From Lama guanicoe (Eukaryota): 64,000 nt of DNA. The position numbers and the translations under genes were made by a program. The notes below the pieces were generated by a model. The model did no database searches and was not told the origin of the DNA. It saw only the letters and a program-made list of their open reading frames with translations. How positions within the stretch are numbered: the stretch's first letter is position 1; every line of letters begins with the position of its first letter. The stretch is from positions 3,254,123-3,318,122 of the forward strand of contig MU053557.1 of NCBI GenBank assembly GCA_013239625.1, given 5' to 3'. Shown one piece after another: positions 23,409 to 37,714 of this stretch.

Positions 23409-23849
23409 AAGAATGAGTAAGGAGCAGGAAAGTGAACTTGAAGGAGCATGCTGCAGAAGACTGTATGCAAAACCCCACAGGCAGGAGATAGCATGGCTGG
23501 TTCTTGGAAGTGCAGATAGTTTCCTATGAGCAGAAGAAGGTAGCAAAGAGGGTGAGAAATAAAGTGAGTAGACATGGTATACATATGTAAGTGCATGTAC
23601 ATAATTTTCAATGTGTAAAAAAATTCATTAGTTTACAAATTTAAGAATTTGTGTAGAAAGTCTAGAAGAGGTGGCTGAATAGAAAGCTGAAGGCACAGAA
23701 AGTACCTGATGCCTGGTAAGCCTTCAAAAATGCTAGTTATTATAGTAACAAAAACACTAAATATTGGTTTTCTGAGATGGATACGTTATTTGTTTTCTGA
23801 TTTGAGCTAGAACAAAAGGCAGAATCTGGCTGGGCCAAGAAGAAATTTA

Positions 23850-24040
23850 GGGTAACGGTTAAGAGCCAGATAGACTTGAATTCAAATCTGTGTGTTCAAT
23901 ATTAGCTCTGTGCCCATGGGCATGTTTTTAACCTTTCTAAGCCTATTTCCTCGTCTGTAAGATGGAGATAATAGACTTCATTCACAAAGCTGTTTTGAGG
24001 GTTAAATGCAATACTGTACATAAAATCATTAGCACAAATT
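23850..24040 (+). mobile_element. MIR SINE
   Basis: aacctttctaagcctatttcctcgtctgtaagatggagataatag...ttttgagggttaaatg. Confidence 0.75.
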
Positions 24041-26519
24041 GACTGGCAGGGAGAAAGCTCTCCAAAATGGTTGCTCGTGTTATTAGAAAGGAGACAAAGG
24101 ACATGTGGCAGGGATCGGGGAACATCCTCAGAAGATGCATGGTGATTAGGACAACTGTCTCAGCTGGGCATACACTTCATCTTAATAATAATCCCATGGA
24201 AGGACAGGCAGCCAGCCACGATGGCTTGATCTTCCCCACTGGCTCTGGCCAGGAAATCTCTTGTGTGTGAGTAGACTGTGAATCACCTGCTTACTGTAAA
24301 TTAATGATTATTATTCTCTCAGACAAGAGGAAAAAGTGCTTGGTCAGAATTAATCACCTTAAAAAGCCCAGTCATTTAAAATTCATTACATTTGAATATG
24401 GTAATGAGACATTTGTCACTTTTATAACTCTGTGGAGGAGAGTGTCTATTGTGGGATGGGAAAGGATTAACATATCATTTTAAGAGTGTGCCCTTCTTTT
24501 TTCCCCTTTTTCCATATTTATTGTAGTCTAATATATTATTTGTTGCCTGTCCCCACTGTAGAGATAAGGAAACAGGCTTTGAGTCTGAAGTGATTTATAG
24601 TAAAACGGTGTGAAAAACCAGATTTTTCTGACTCTAACCAATGACTCTCAATTCTGGCTTCACATTAGAATCACTTGGAGAACTTTTTAAAGCTAATGAT
24701 GGCCCAGGTCTACTTCTAAAGATGCTGTTCAGAGGTAAACGATTCCTAAATATGAAATTCCTTCATCAAAAGCAACTTCCTTTTTTGAGTCTTGATAAAT
24801 ACATGATTAAAAAATTTTTCAATATGGCTGTGCTGTCTACTGAGGAACAAAACTGAGCAATAAATAAACTCTCCCATCCCCTGTTCCCCTCTGCTTTCTC
24901 TAGTCCAGGACATTTCAGAAGCAGGTTGGAAACTGGGAGAATGAATTCAACCATTTATGCTGTGCTAGGGGCAGAGAATAGTCTCTCCCCCCTGACCTTT
25001 GCAATGAGTCATTGATAGCCTTAATGTGGTGACTTTTCACCCTCATCAGAGAACAAATCCCTCCAAACATTCTAAAAAGTCAGAACGTTATCTGACACTG
25101 GAATGAACTTGGTCCACTTCACTAAACTAGTTGACCTTGAAGGCTTACTTCTCCAAATGAAAGATGAACCCAATTCTCTTTATTTTTTGATGGCATGGAA
25201 TAGATGAGAATTTTGAAAAGTGGTCTCCTGCTAGTCTGTGAAATTGCAATGATCACATACTCTGTGGCCTTCTGCAATCCCTCTCTGTGTCCCTGAATTA
25301 CATTCACTCAAAGCCAAGTGCTGGCCTTGGAGGAGAGATGAAACAAAGGCTGAGTCAAAATCCCTTCTTCACTTGCCTGTCCTTTTTGCCTACTGACTGG
25401 AAGAAAGGATAACATTACTCCATCTTTTAAAAAATTCACTAAATCAGTGAGTCATAAATTTGGGTTAATCTTTAGCCCTTTCAAATAGCTAACAAAAGTA
25501 AAGCCCCCAGAAGAATTTATTAAAATATATATGTTTCAAATGTTCACCTATTTTGACCTCTCAAGGGCCTATGAATTCATAATTAAGAATCTTGACACTT
25601 GAAGAAAAAGAATCGATGTGGTTTTCACCTTTTATTTATGGAGATGATCACATAGTGGAAAAGCAGACACTTCAAACTGAAACTATGCATCAAAATCTTC
25701 AAAAATTTGTTCTGATACTGATAAAACAAAAGCAGCTAAAAAAAAACTTTCCTCCTAAAACAAACAAGAAACCGAACCAAACAGCACTCTGATTGTTTAC
25801 CTGAGATAAAATTTGTTCCTCCTGAGTGTAGTTCACAAATTGCCATGTGTGTGCAGATAAAGGCTGCTTTCCAGTTCAGTCTGATACTTCCTCTTCCTAC
25901 CTTACCATTTCTGGGTTCTTTATCTTCTTTTTTAATCTCTGTCCTTCTGACAGCCAATCAGAGATACTTACAAAGAAGCTTTGTTATCATCTGGCCAGAA
26001 ACGGAGATGGTAAAATGTAAGGTCACAGAGGACCCCAACGTGTCTCAGAAAATACATTAGCAGGAATTGGCTAGGAAGGGTTTCTAAATTGGTACCTTGA
26101 AAATGGGTCTCCTGAGACAGAAATAACCCTGATCATTGTGCCCCAGCCCATTTCCTATTTTGAGTCAGAGGGGAGATGGGTAAGAAATCCTGGGAGGGTG
26201 TCAGAGGTGGTGTCTAAAGGTGAGAGAGAGAGAAACAGGAAGGGCCTATTGTCTGTCAACCAAGAGGCTTTGTTTTGAAAATCCCAGGGCTAACATTTTA
26301 ATGCCTTATTTGCATTTGTAAAGTGGGACAAGGTGGCAGATGATAGCTCAAGTGTGTTTGATTCTACCTCTTTCTGTCACCTCAACTTGTCCTGCTACAC
26401 GTGGAACTGTGACTGTGATACCTGAGACATGTGATTGGAAAATTTTTGCTGTTTTTAACCTGATAAGATTTACTGGGGCCCAGAATCTACTTACATGTCT
26501 CCTTATTAAATCATAGTAT

Positions 26520-26750
26520 TAAAAGCTGGTATTTACTGAGTCCTTACTATATGCCACACATTGTTTGAGGAGCTCATGTAATCCTTACAATCTTATACAA
26601 GTACTGTTATGTTTGCTGAGGCACAGAGAAGTTAAGCAGCATATCTAGGGTCACAGAGCTTAGGGGAAAAAAAAAAGTGGTAGATCTGGGTACACCTTGA
26701 ATCCAGGGAGTCTAACTGCAAATCCTATATTCTTAACTACTACACTGTGT
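26520..26750 (-). mobile_element. MIR SINE
   Basis: atttactgagtccttactatatgccac...ctgaggcacagagaagttaag...tcttaactactacact. Confidence 0.75.
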
Positions 26751-27928
26751 TTCCCCTGAACTCATTTCTTCAATGAACCTGGATGATCTGAGCAATTTAC
26801 TGCACTCAATCTTGGTAAAATATAATTTTCAAAAAAAGGTAAAATTATGACTCTCATATAGATCTAAATATGAACACATGTCAAAAATTGTATTAATTCA
26901 TTAAAGAGGAAACCTGAGATGTGTTAAAAGCACCACTAAAAAAAAGAAAAAAAGCACACTTATAGATGAGAAATATTCAAATGAATGTAAAGTGGAGGCT
27001 AAACAGAACTCTTCCACATTGGGGGAGGAGAGTCCGTTGGACTTCCTCCACTGGATATAATTTGCATGTCTATAGACAAGAATTCTTTTACCTTGCTATC
27101 AGTTATTCACAGCTTTCAGAACAGTAACTCCCATAGAACCAGAGTAAGACAACACTGGAAATATGTGCTGTAGACAAGGTATAGTTTTCCACTGAGGCGC
27201 AGTTTTTCCCTGTAATAAGTAGTTCACTTTTGCTCCTCAAACCCAGGAAGACTTACACCCAATAGGTGTGAAAGGCATTCTGGGAGAAAGACACATGATA
27301 CATACTACCGGAGCTGATATTTACAAATGATTTCAGTAAGGCAGATGGTTAAAGAATATAAATAAAAGAGGGAGAGTCATTCAGCTCCAGGAACCTGTTA
27401 GAATTTCTGTGTGAGGCATTTAGGAGAGGCAATTCAGGGGGAAGAGGGGACTGGAGGTTACCCTGAAGCTACTTTTAGATACCACCTTCCATAAAACTAA
27501 GAAAAAGTAGATCCTCTATAAGAAATGCCATGAGGCTTGGTAGAAACCATCAAAGCCAACTCATGTACTTCATTTGAAATCTAGAAAAATTCCTGGGTGG
27601 AAAAGGCATTTAGACTGACCTGAGAGGTAGTAGGGAAATGTGGATGTGCTATCTAGATAGAATGGCATCTTGATCCAAGGCATAGAAACCAAGAGGAGGA
27701 GGTGACATGGGAAGGCGAATGATGAGAATGAGGCAGTAGGAGGAAGAGAATCTGCCTCAAAACCAAGTGCTTCCTCGGCCTATGCAGGTCAAGACACCTA
27801 CTAAGCTGTTTCCTTTCACAGGAACCTAAGAGCAGGATCCTCTGTCTTAAGCCCAGAGCCCTAGTCCCAGCATAAAGGTAGATACTTTTCCTGAGTGAAC
27901 AAAAATATAGAAAGAAGAAAAAAGAAAT

Positions 27929-27956
27929 GGAAGGAAGGAAGGAAGGAAGGAAGGAA
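27929..27956. repeat. (GGAA)7 microsatellite
   Basis: Read directly; it follows an L2-like 3' tail. Confidence 0.95.
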
Positions 27957-29094
27957 CTACACTGAATTTCACCTAAGTGTTCCTTAGCTTTACTGTATCA
28001 GGAAAATCTAAACTCAAAGGACAACCCTTCCCATATGACTCAGTTATCACCCATCTCCACTCTGCCACATGATGCCTTGTCTACTTCCCTCTATAAACCA
28101 CAGGTCCCTGTCCTTTCCTTTGAGATGCTCTTCATTAATGCACATTTTCCTTATTGCAATAGCAGGGACAAAATCATTTCTTTAATTACACATGCATTTT
28201 ATCTTTCACAGTTGGAAAGAAGAGTTCAGGACCTATTCTCTGGATTTGAAGAATCCTTCTGTGGGCCTGTGGTTTAATTCAGGATAAAGGTATGCAAAAC
28301 CTTTAACTTGTCTTAACTGCATCCTCCTTACATACATGAAAGAGCAGGGACCAGACTTCTGTGAAAGCCTGAGATTATAACTTGACCAAGAAAGAAGAAA
28401 CCACTGCTGGTAGCTCTGGTATAAGCATTTTTGTCTTTGAAACACAGGGCGAATTCAAGGACTTGTTTGAATTCCACATTTTGGGGATCAGGGCATATAA
28501 TGGAGAGTGTTCTTCCTTTCCCTCTTGGATGATGGACTGGGGTAGGGGGAAAGACTTGAGTTAGTCAACTGAGTCAAGTGTAGCATCAAAAGAAAGACTA
28601 GTTTGGGGTAAGAAATAGGTATGTATTTTTATTTATCCAAAGAAAGTATTCAAAATGTGGCTAAAGGTAGATGCAAGCAACAAAGCTACCTTTGACCTGC
28701 TTAAGAGGAAAAAAAATCAAGGAATTTTTTTGGAAGGGTTCGGTATAATATGATACTTGAAGAAAAAGTTGAAGCATAAATACAGCCCTGAGATTCAGAT
28801 GGTAGAATGTGATGTAGTAGGTGAATGGACAGTGATGAATGAGTTCCTCCCTTTCTCAGCCTCACTGTCCTTCTGCCAAAGAACGAAATTTCAGGGAGAG
28901 GGCATCTGATTGACAGGACTTGGATCACATGCTCCCCCCTTGGCCAGGGCAGGTTCTGATGAGCTGATTAACAACAGTTCCACCAAGACTGTAGCCGAAG
29001 TAGGAGAAATTACACAGCAAAATGGAAAGTGGGAAAGACTGTTACTAGAAGGAAGAGTCAAGGATTTGGGGCAGGCAGAACAATAGCTTTACAC

Positions 29095-29640
29095 AGAACT
29101 GCCACATGACCCAGTGATTCCACACCCAAGAGAAATGAAAACATACATCCACACAAAAACTTGTACGTGGCTATTTATAGCAGCATTATTCATAAATACC
29201 GTAAAGTGGAAAACCCAAATGTCCAACAACTAATGAATGGATATTCATACATTGGACTATTATTTGGCTATAAAAATAAATGGAGTGCTGATATATGCAA
29301 CAGCATGACTAACCTTGAAAACATTATGTGAAGTGAAAGAAGCCAGTCACAGAAGACCATGTATTATATGATACCACTTATATGAAAAGTCCAGGCAAAT
29401 CCATGGAGACAGGAAGTAGATTAAGCAGATTAGTGATGACTTAGTGTTCAGGGGACTGGGGAGCGGGAAGGTGGGGCGATGGAGATTGTCTAGTAATGGA
29501 TGTTGGTTTCTTTCAGGGGGGAAAAACTTAAAATTATATTTTGGTGATGATTGCACAACCCTGGGAACACACTAAAAACACTGAATAGTGTAATTCAATT
29601 GTATGAAATGTGAGTTAATCTCAATAAAGCTTTTTATAAA
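29095..29640 (+). mobile_element. Old L1 (L1MB-like) 3' end
   Basis: cccaagagaaatgaaaacatacatccacacaaaaacttgtac, aaccttgaaaacattatg...gaaagaagccagtcacagaagacc, ending in ctcaataaagct. Confidence 0.85.
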
Positions 29641-32114
29641 GAAGAAACAGCTTTTCCATTACAATACTGTTACTGCAATGATGAAGTTTGTTCAAATTAA
29701 CTTTAATGTTTTTACTTGTTGGTAAAGTAGGGAGAAGCTACTGGAGCGGATCTTAAGAGCTAGGAAGTCGCCGGTCAGTCATGGTTTCTGAAACATAAAT
29801 GACTCCATTGGGTTAGGGCGTTATTTTATACCAGCAACAGCTACCACCAGTGTGGTTCCTTAGTTAGCTTTATAAATGAGCAAAAATAAGTATGGATTGT
29901 TCTGCCAGTCCCTTCCAAATGTGTCACGCACACAAAAACAGGACTTGTCCAGAATGAAACTCCCACGAGGCAGCGGGGAATACTGTAAAGGATGCGGGTG
30001 AAAAAGTGGGAAATCTGAATTCTCTCCATTGATATGCCATTGAGACATACTTGGCAAAAGACTGGAGGAAAGTTCCTTCCCTTCTCCAGGTCTCAGTCCC
30101 CTGATGTGGAAAAGGAGAGAGATGAAATAGGTAGGTTGTTCCCAAAGACTAGTTTCTCATTAAGGGTTGTGATTTAATATTTCTTCAAAACAAATCAACC
30201 TAAACAACAACAAAAAAATGAACCAATATAAAGAAAATTCTGGGCAGAGTATGAATATTGCAGAGATATGGTAGACACCCTGATGTTAGCATAAGAATGA
30301 CTGAAGTTTGGCAAATGCTACGTGATACCTTCTGCTGTAACCTGGTTACCTGCCACAAGAGGTGGGAGAATTCATTACTTTTGTAAAGCTGTTTCCCCTC
30401 CCCCTGCCATTTATTTGATTTCTGACAGTAAGTTTCTCAACAAGAATGATGTTAGTAAATAATTATCATTTGTTAAGTGCTTATTATGGGACAGCTCTGA
30501 CAAACAAAGGGAGAGTTCAGGAAAATGTTATGCCTGCCAGCCTGTGGTTTAGGTGAGTGGGGAAGGCTTCCCCCAGTAACTGAGCAGGAAGGATGATGAA
30601 ATTAGTAAGGTGAGGGGCTGGGGAGCTTCTGCAGGTGCAAGGACATCTGTGAAGGTCTACAGGCGAGACTGAATATGTTCATTGTAGGAACTAATCTACC
30701 ACACGTGGCTGGAACACAGAGCATGAGAGAGACAGAATTACATCAGCCACCAGCACTCACCCAGCACACACCTCACATCCCACTCTGTGTTTGCTGCCTT
30801 GCTTATTTCACTCAAGCTGCAAAAAAGCTCTCTGCGGCTAGAATTTTTGCTCCATTTTATAGATGGGGACGGAGGCTTAAAGGTAAAACATCTTGCCTGC
30901 GGTTGCAGAGCTAGTAAGAGGGAAAGCCTGGATTTGAACACGATCACTGGTATGCAAAGCCACTACACAGCACTGCCTGCTGACTGTGCGCTGGCCACCA
31001 AAGCATTGCCATCCCTCAGATTTTCCTCGGCCCCAGCTCGATGACAGACTGATTCAGCAACAGATTCCTTGCTCTGGGATCTTGGTTAGGAAGTCTGTTG
31101 TTAAAGTAAATAAGACACTTGAAAGCACAGCCAAAGCTATTAAAATTTTATAAGCCCACTTTCCCCAAGATTCTGCACTGGGGATGAATGTCAATAGGGC
31201 TTGTTAGGAAATCATATCTTTTAGAACATCCATATAATTTCCTTCTCTTTGACAAAGAGTTGAGAAAGGTAAGAATAACAGGGTTTTGCTTTTCCTAGGA
31301 AAATAGTGTCTCTTTATTTGGGACAATGATTGAACAATAACTGGTCTTTTTGCCTCCACACTGTGATTTGATGCGGAAAGGGTAAAAGTCACTCTTTACT
31401 ACATTTATAAGCGGCTTGTTTAAAGTCGTGTGATTTCTCATGGTTCAGTGTGTGCTTCTCATAATAGAATGAATCTCTAATGATAACACACATCACTCCT
31501 CCCATTGTTGATGCTCAAGAGGTCTTACTCTACACCTCCAACTAGATTGTTATTGAACAAAGGCTGAAGAGGGTAACACAGTGCAAGAATTTATACACCA
31601 ACCCATTCCAACTTCAACAGATGAAACAAGTGACCCAGACGCTTTAATTCCAGTTCAAACTTTGAAAGAAAGCCCTTTAGTTAATGTTTGAGCTCATTAT
31701 CTTACCATTGGAACTCCAAAAAGAAAAAAAAAAGAAAGAAACAAAAATAAAGGCAATGTTTATCCATGATGGTTGAGGACTGGACCTACATTTTGGATAA
31801 AACTGTCATTCTTTCGGCTTTTTCCTAAGAGGCATTTTAAAATAGAGTCATAACAGCTAAGAACCCCCATCATGGTCTCTTAAATAAAATGTTCATTGGG
31901 AAAGAGAAACATCCAAGAAGCTAGAAGATTAAAAAACTAAGTGGTTTTACTTTTTTCCAATGTGACCATTTTGATGGCTTCAAGTCTGAGAAAGATGAGT
32001 TGTACGTTTCAAAGATTTCACTCCACTCTTTCTGTTCTTCATTTCTCTGTGTTTGCACGATGACTAAAAATGATTCAAAGGTATGTCCTGGTTAGGAGTC
32101 TGCAAAGATGATTT

Positions 32115-32225
32115 AGGGTGACCAACTGGCTCTGTTTGCTCAGCACTGAGGAACTTCCTGGGATGCAGGTATTCAGGGCTAAAATCAGAACACCCCAGAG
32201 AAAATGAGAATGTGGCTGGTCATAT
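32115..32225. mobile_element. MER94/MER81-like hAT-Blackjack MITE
   Basis: Begins agggtgacca and ends tggtcatat (degenerate TIR), about 110 bp. Confidence 0.6.
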
Positions 32226-33869
32226 GAAGATAATATATTTTAGCTTAGTTACAGGTGTTTGCGTAAACAAACCAGAGAGGACCCCCATCCCTTGTCTACT
32301 GAGTCGCAGTCTCCTGCGAGCCCCATCACCTGCTATTAGATGTAAAGCTTCGCATGTGGTTCTGGTAACCAGCCAGGTTTGCGAGTTTCTGAGATGGTGC
32401 AGGTTTTTCCTAAACAGAAGTGTTTCTATTGGTCTCAAATGGAAAATGCAATCAATATAATATTTTCTTTTTCTAATTTTTGTAATATCTTTGAAGTTGA
32501 GCTGTATTTAAAAGGAAAAACAAATGGCTTCTTGGAGAAGAGGCCCTTTCCTAAAATTTCACAAGGTGCATGAGCTTTTGAAACCTGACTTTTGTCTAAG
32601 ACCCCAGAGAGCAAAATACGAGCTATTCATGCGGTTTTGAGAAATCTGAGGGCTACATTTAGACTGAATGATCTTCCAGTGTCTGCAGTCTCTCATCCCT
32701 CATGGACGGGTAAATGGGAAATGGAACTGTGAACAATTTCTGCTACTCTCAGAATCCTCAAATAAGATGCTGAGTCTCTTGCTTTTTACTTCAGGTTCTT
32801 AATTCTTCTTAAAACTTCAGTTTATACTTTTACATTATAATATAGTTTGTGTTTATTATAAAACATTTGGAAAATACAGAAAAATAAAAAGAAAGGGGGA
32901 AAATGATCCAACTGCTTTCTCTCCAACTCAGTCTTAATATTTTGGTGTTTTTCTTTTCTAAATTATTCCTTATTATAATTGTCATCACACTGTACACACA
33001 ATATATTTTGCTTTCCTTTTAAACATTATATTGCTTTTTATGTAACCTGAACATGCTTCTATGCCATAACATACTCACTGTGAATAATAATTTTAATAGC
33101 TACATTCTATTTAAAGAGGATGGGCGCAATTCAATTTGTCAGTCTCTTGACTAACTTTCCAGAGCAACACCCTTAACATAATCTACCAAATGCTAGTAAG
33201 CATTATGAGACAGATATCCCAAAAACATAAGTGGCTATCCTGATAGTTCATCTACAACTAAGTCTTTCCTTTAGGTTAAAGGGTATGTCCTTTCTCAGGA
33301 ATATTTCTTTGTTTTGGTATGTTGCTGGGGTCATTTTTCATTTCGGTGGTAGAATAGCTTCAGATGAAACTTGAACAAGAAAAACATCACCCATAACCCC
33401 ACTACTCTAACACAGCCTCTCAAAGGCGTACAGACACGTGGATTTTTATACAGCTATGACCACATAATGCCTGCTCTCTGTGTTCCTTTGCTCCATTCAA
33501 TATTGCAGTATAGCCACCTGGCCATGTTATTACTTAGCCCTTATGAAGATCACTTTTTAAATGGTTGCAACATCACCCGCAAGTTATTGCTTGTGGCAAC
33601 ACAATTCTTTTGGGTTGAGAACAGATAATAATTATGTGAAATAACTAAGGAAGAAAAAATGATTTACAGTCTAAAGCAGTGGTTTTCAGATTCTGATCCT
33701 TGGTATATCCCGAAGATGACTATGGGATGAGAGTTGAGGGGAAATCTGGGCCAACCCAATCTTCCTTCTATCAGAACATTTCTACTTAAAATTTTCTTTT
33801 GAGAATACGCTCTTGAAAAAAAAAAGAAAATAAGAGAAAAAAGTATAACATTAAATAATGCAAATTTAT

Positions 33870-34030
33870 GGTCCAATCTGTCATTTACTAGCTGTGTGAC
33901 CTTGGGCAAGTTACACACATGCCTGAGTTTCCTTGCCTATAAAATGAAGATACTAATTTTACCAAACTCACTTGGTTGCAGTAAAGATGAAGTAAATATA
34001 TATGTGAGAACAATGCCAGACACCTAACTA
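33870..34030 (+). mobile_element. MIR SINE
   Basis: catttactagctgtgtgaccttgggcaagttac...gcctgagtttccttgcctataaaatgaaga. Confidence 0.85.
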
Positions 34031-35419
34031 TTGTCTAAGTTCTTGTTAGATAAACAAGATACTGGAAAAAACAGCATTAAGCCAACAAATCTAGAGCACA
34101 CGCATACGAACCTAAAGCAAGAAATAGAACAATCAGACAGTGATAGATGTGTGGATGGCAGTGATAGTCCCAAAACAGAAAAAAAAAAAAAACTTACCTA
34201 CAAGCTTGAGGGGTAAGATTATCAAAGTGGATAGACTCTGATACTTTACACTCGGGTGACTTTATGCAACTGACTTAACTTTGCTAAGTCTCAATCTTCT
34301 CATCTGTCAAAGAGTGTTAATAATATTAACTATATCATAAGGTTCTTGTGAGAAGTCAACCAAGTCGTCCCTATGAAGCATTTAGCCCAGGACCCGATCT
34401 ATTTTGTGTCTTCAATAATAGATCATTAGAATCATCCCAGGTACAATGTATGTTGATCACTTACTGGAATTTTTTTTTGGCACACCCACAACTTAAAGTG
34501 CCAAAATGCTACATAGGGTGTGCAGGTGGTCAGGATGGAAAAGAACTTCGGCTGCAACTTGCAAAAAACACAATAGAAGGAGGAAACCTACACTGATATC
34601 TCTCCGGAAGTGAAGGTGCCCAGACCCTCTCATTCATAATCGCAGGCAGTGGAGTTTGGGGAAGCATGGGAAAGGTGTGAAAGGTTCTACTTTAGGAGTT
34701 AGGTGATCTAGTCCTAGTTCCAGATTTGTGCTAAATTTGCCACACAGCCTTAAATAAGTCAGTTTTCTGCTTCACTCTTAAAATTATCAGTCTTAACTGT
34801 GGTGGTTGAACGAAAGACAACCTCAAAGATCTTTGCATCTCTCTTATTCTTATGGAGTAAAGAGGTCTTTGCTATTTTTAGAATCCTTGGGGCACAAAGG
34901 TTTTGTGGACAAAGTATTACATTTTACAAAGCAGCGTGCAACTTTGATGAAGATTGCTGTTTGTTAATCAGTTATATTGGCTCCTTCTTTTCTCTCTGTA
35001 AGAGGGAAATTATTACACAAAATAACCAGGATTTGGTGGTTACATTCCCAGAGAATAAGAATGGTGTTGTAATTGTCTGCTCTTAAAAAAATATTTTACC
35101 CAGATATTTGTAGTTGGATTCCATGTATTTAGCTTAACCACTCCCTTGTCTGTAAAATGAAATGAATTACCACCGTGTCTCAACATTGTCTCTGGCTCTA
35201 AGCAGAGGGGGAAAAACATTTCTGGTCAGCAATACAGTAGAATTAGAGAATGTTTGCCTTATTTAGTCATGGTCTGGCCGAGTCATTCCAAATGATACTG
35301 TTTGGAATGAAAACTTTACCAGATGTTCACTTAAATGAGCTAGAGAGATTAATTATCAGTCCCACCACATTATCTTGAAGGGTGGGTATAATCATCTCCA
35401 AAGAATTTCCTGGAGCCGG

Positions 35420-35680
35420 ACACAAAGGTTGCTGATTATAATTACAGCTAATGCTTTATTAAGTACATACCATGCACCAAGGGCCACTCTAAATGTATTC
35501 ATTCATTTAGTCTCACAATATTCCTTGAAGAAAGATACTCATGTTATCCTTATTTCAGGAATGAAGCCATGATTCTCAAAGAGGTTAGGCCCTTGCCTAA
35601 GGCCACTCAACTAGTAAGTGGTAAAGGCTGGATCTGAATCCAGGAAATTTGACCCATAGGTCTATGCTTTTAAAGCTATG
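35420..35680 (-). mobile_element. MIR SINE
   Basis: gaggttaggcccttgcctaaggccactcaactagtaagtggtaaaggctggatctgaatccagg. Confidence 0.75.
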
Positions 35681-37714
35681 CTATACAATTCCCTGTTTTT
35701 GACTGAAGATACTGTTGAAACTTGAATGGATTAGGCTGGTCATTAACCTATTAGTGGGTGAGGAGGAATCTGAACAATTTTGAGTGGGAAAAAACATAGT
35801 GTCTGACCTGAGGGAAAGAAAAACACTAAATTTTGGAGAAAAAAGTTCATATACCTGATTAGAATCTCTTGGGTTATCAAAACAACATATCCACTGTTTA
35901 TTCATCTTTTAAAATAATTTGAGGAATGTAAGAGGAACTGAAGTTTAGACCTCTACTCCTTGTCTGCATAAGATATCTGGAATGTTTTGTTGTTATGATC
36001 AAAGCCAAGCAGATAATGTTGGTTAATGCTTCTTGGTTAACATTAAGAAGAAGCAAGAAGCAAAAAGAACTGTCTGATTCTCTTCATTTCCAATGGAATC
36101 CCAAATATTTCTTTGTTCCTGGGGTTTGCTGGAAGTACTGTACTGGTTGACATTGACATTCTTCTGAGCTTAATGTCTGAGAGCTCCCTTATCTTTTGTT
36201 GGCATACACTCTCCAACAATACAAAGAAAGCATAACTCGTAAGCTATCCATTTAGGTTTTGAAATAACAGAGTGGTTTGAAAAGGGTGTTGGTTCTGGAT
36301 GGGGAGATTTGTGGACAGAAACTTTCAAATTTGAGACCGAGAGCTTGTAATATATTTGAAAGACATAATTTCATCTCGGATTCAATCCCCCATTTTTTTC
36401 TCCTAAAGATTGTGTTAAAGATATTTTTATTACAGCATATTTTTTTCTTATTCCTCTCTCTGTGAAGGTTTTCAATCCATTTGCATGCAACATAAGCTTT
36501 CATCTATGTAATTAGGATCCCAGAAACTTGCAGCAGTTGGCTATGACATTTGCATATAAGCAATTTTGTCAGTTCAAGTATTATGATATGACAAGTGAAT
36601 TAAACACTTCAGTAATGGGATATAAAAGGCTGAAAGGGAGGCAGCTTTGACACAAGTTAAATATTGTTCTGATCACCAGAAACCAAAGAAAATGGAACTC
36701 AGATTAAGGCTCTGATAAACTAAAATATGGTCTATCCTAAGAATAAAAGAAACCATCTCTATTGTGTCTCCTAAACACAGAATTTCTTCAAAGAAAATTA
36801 TCTGTCTAATATCGCTTGAAATTTTTTTATTTTTAAAGAGTTTTTTTCCCACTATTAAAAAATTATATATGGTCAATGAATAAAGCATAAGAGAGTAGAA
36901 AGCTGACCGAGGGTCTCACCATCCTCACATTGCTACGTGTTAGCATATTTTCACTTAGTTATAATTATGCTCTGCATATAAATGCTGCATCCTTCATCCT
37001 AAAAGCTGAGCATTAAATTATCTGTATTTTTTATGTGTAGAACCATAACTTTTAATGGTTTTCATATGAGTCTTCTGAGTGGGTGCTCTATAGTTGAACT
37101 ACATATTCCCAGATTCCTAAACAACTATGCTTCCAACTTTTCTATTCTAATAAATATTAGTTCAGTATTCATCTTTACGCCTAAACATTTTCCTTTTTTT
37201 GGATTATTTCTTCAGATAAGCTTCACTCAAGTGAAATCCCTACTCAAAAATGTTGTATTCTGAAGTTTTGCAGATAAACATATTTTATCAACTTACACAA
37301 CTTCCTACAATAAATTCACCCACAGTATACTGTTAATTGGTTTGTCCAATTCCAAAAATGAAGTTTGGAAAGCTGAAAGTCACTGTTCCCCAAAGGGATC
37401 CTGAATTTTTCTGGTGCTTTAACCAGAATTTCTGGATTTTCCTTATGTGACTTTACCTTCCTGCTTTGGCATGTATTTTTGTCATGCACCTGAGTCCTTG
37501 AGTTTATTTGCTGGAAGGTCCTGACTTTGGTTGCTGGCTCTTTCCACAGAGATGAATTCCCTCTTGTGGTCTCAGCCTTCTGCCTCGCCCTTGGTGAGAG
37601 TAGATACTGTAGTTATTTCCCCCCATCCATTCTCTGTCCTCCCTATGATGGTCCTGTGGGGGACTGGCCCTACCACAGCTGCAGAAGTGGTCCCTTATTT
37701 AACCTAAGTGATCT

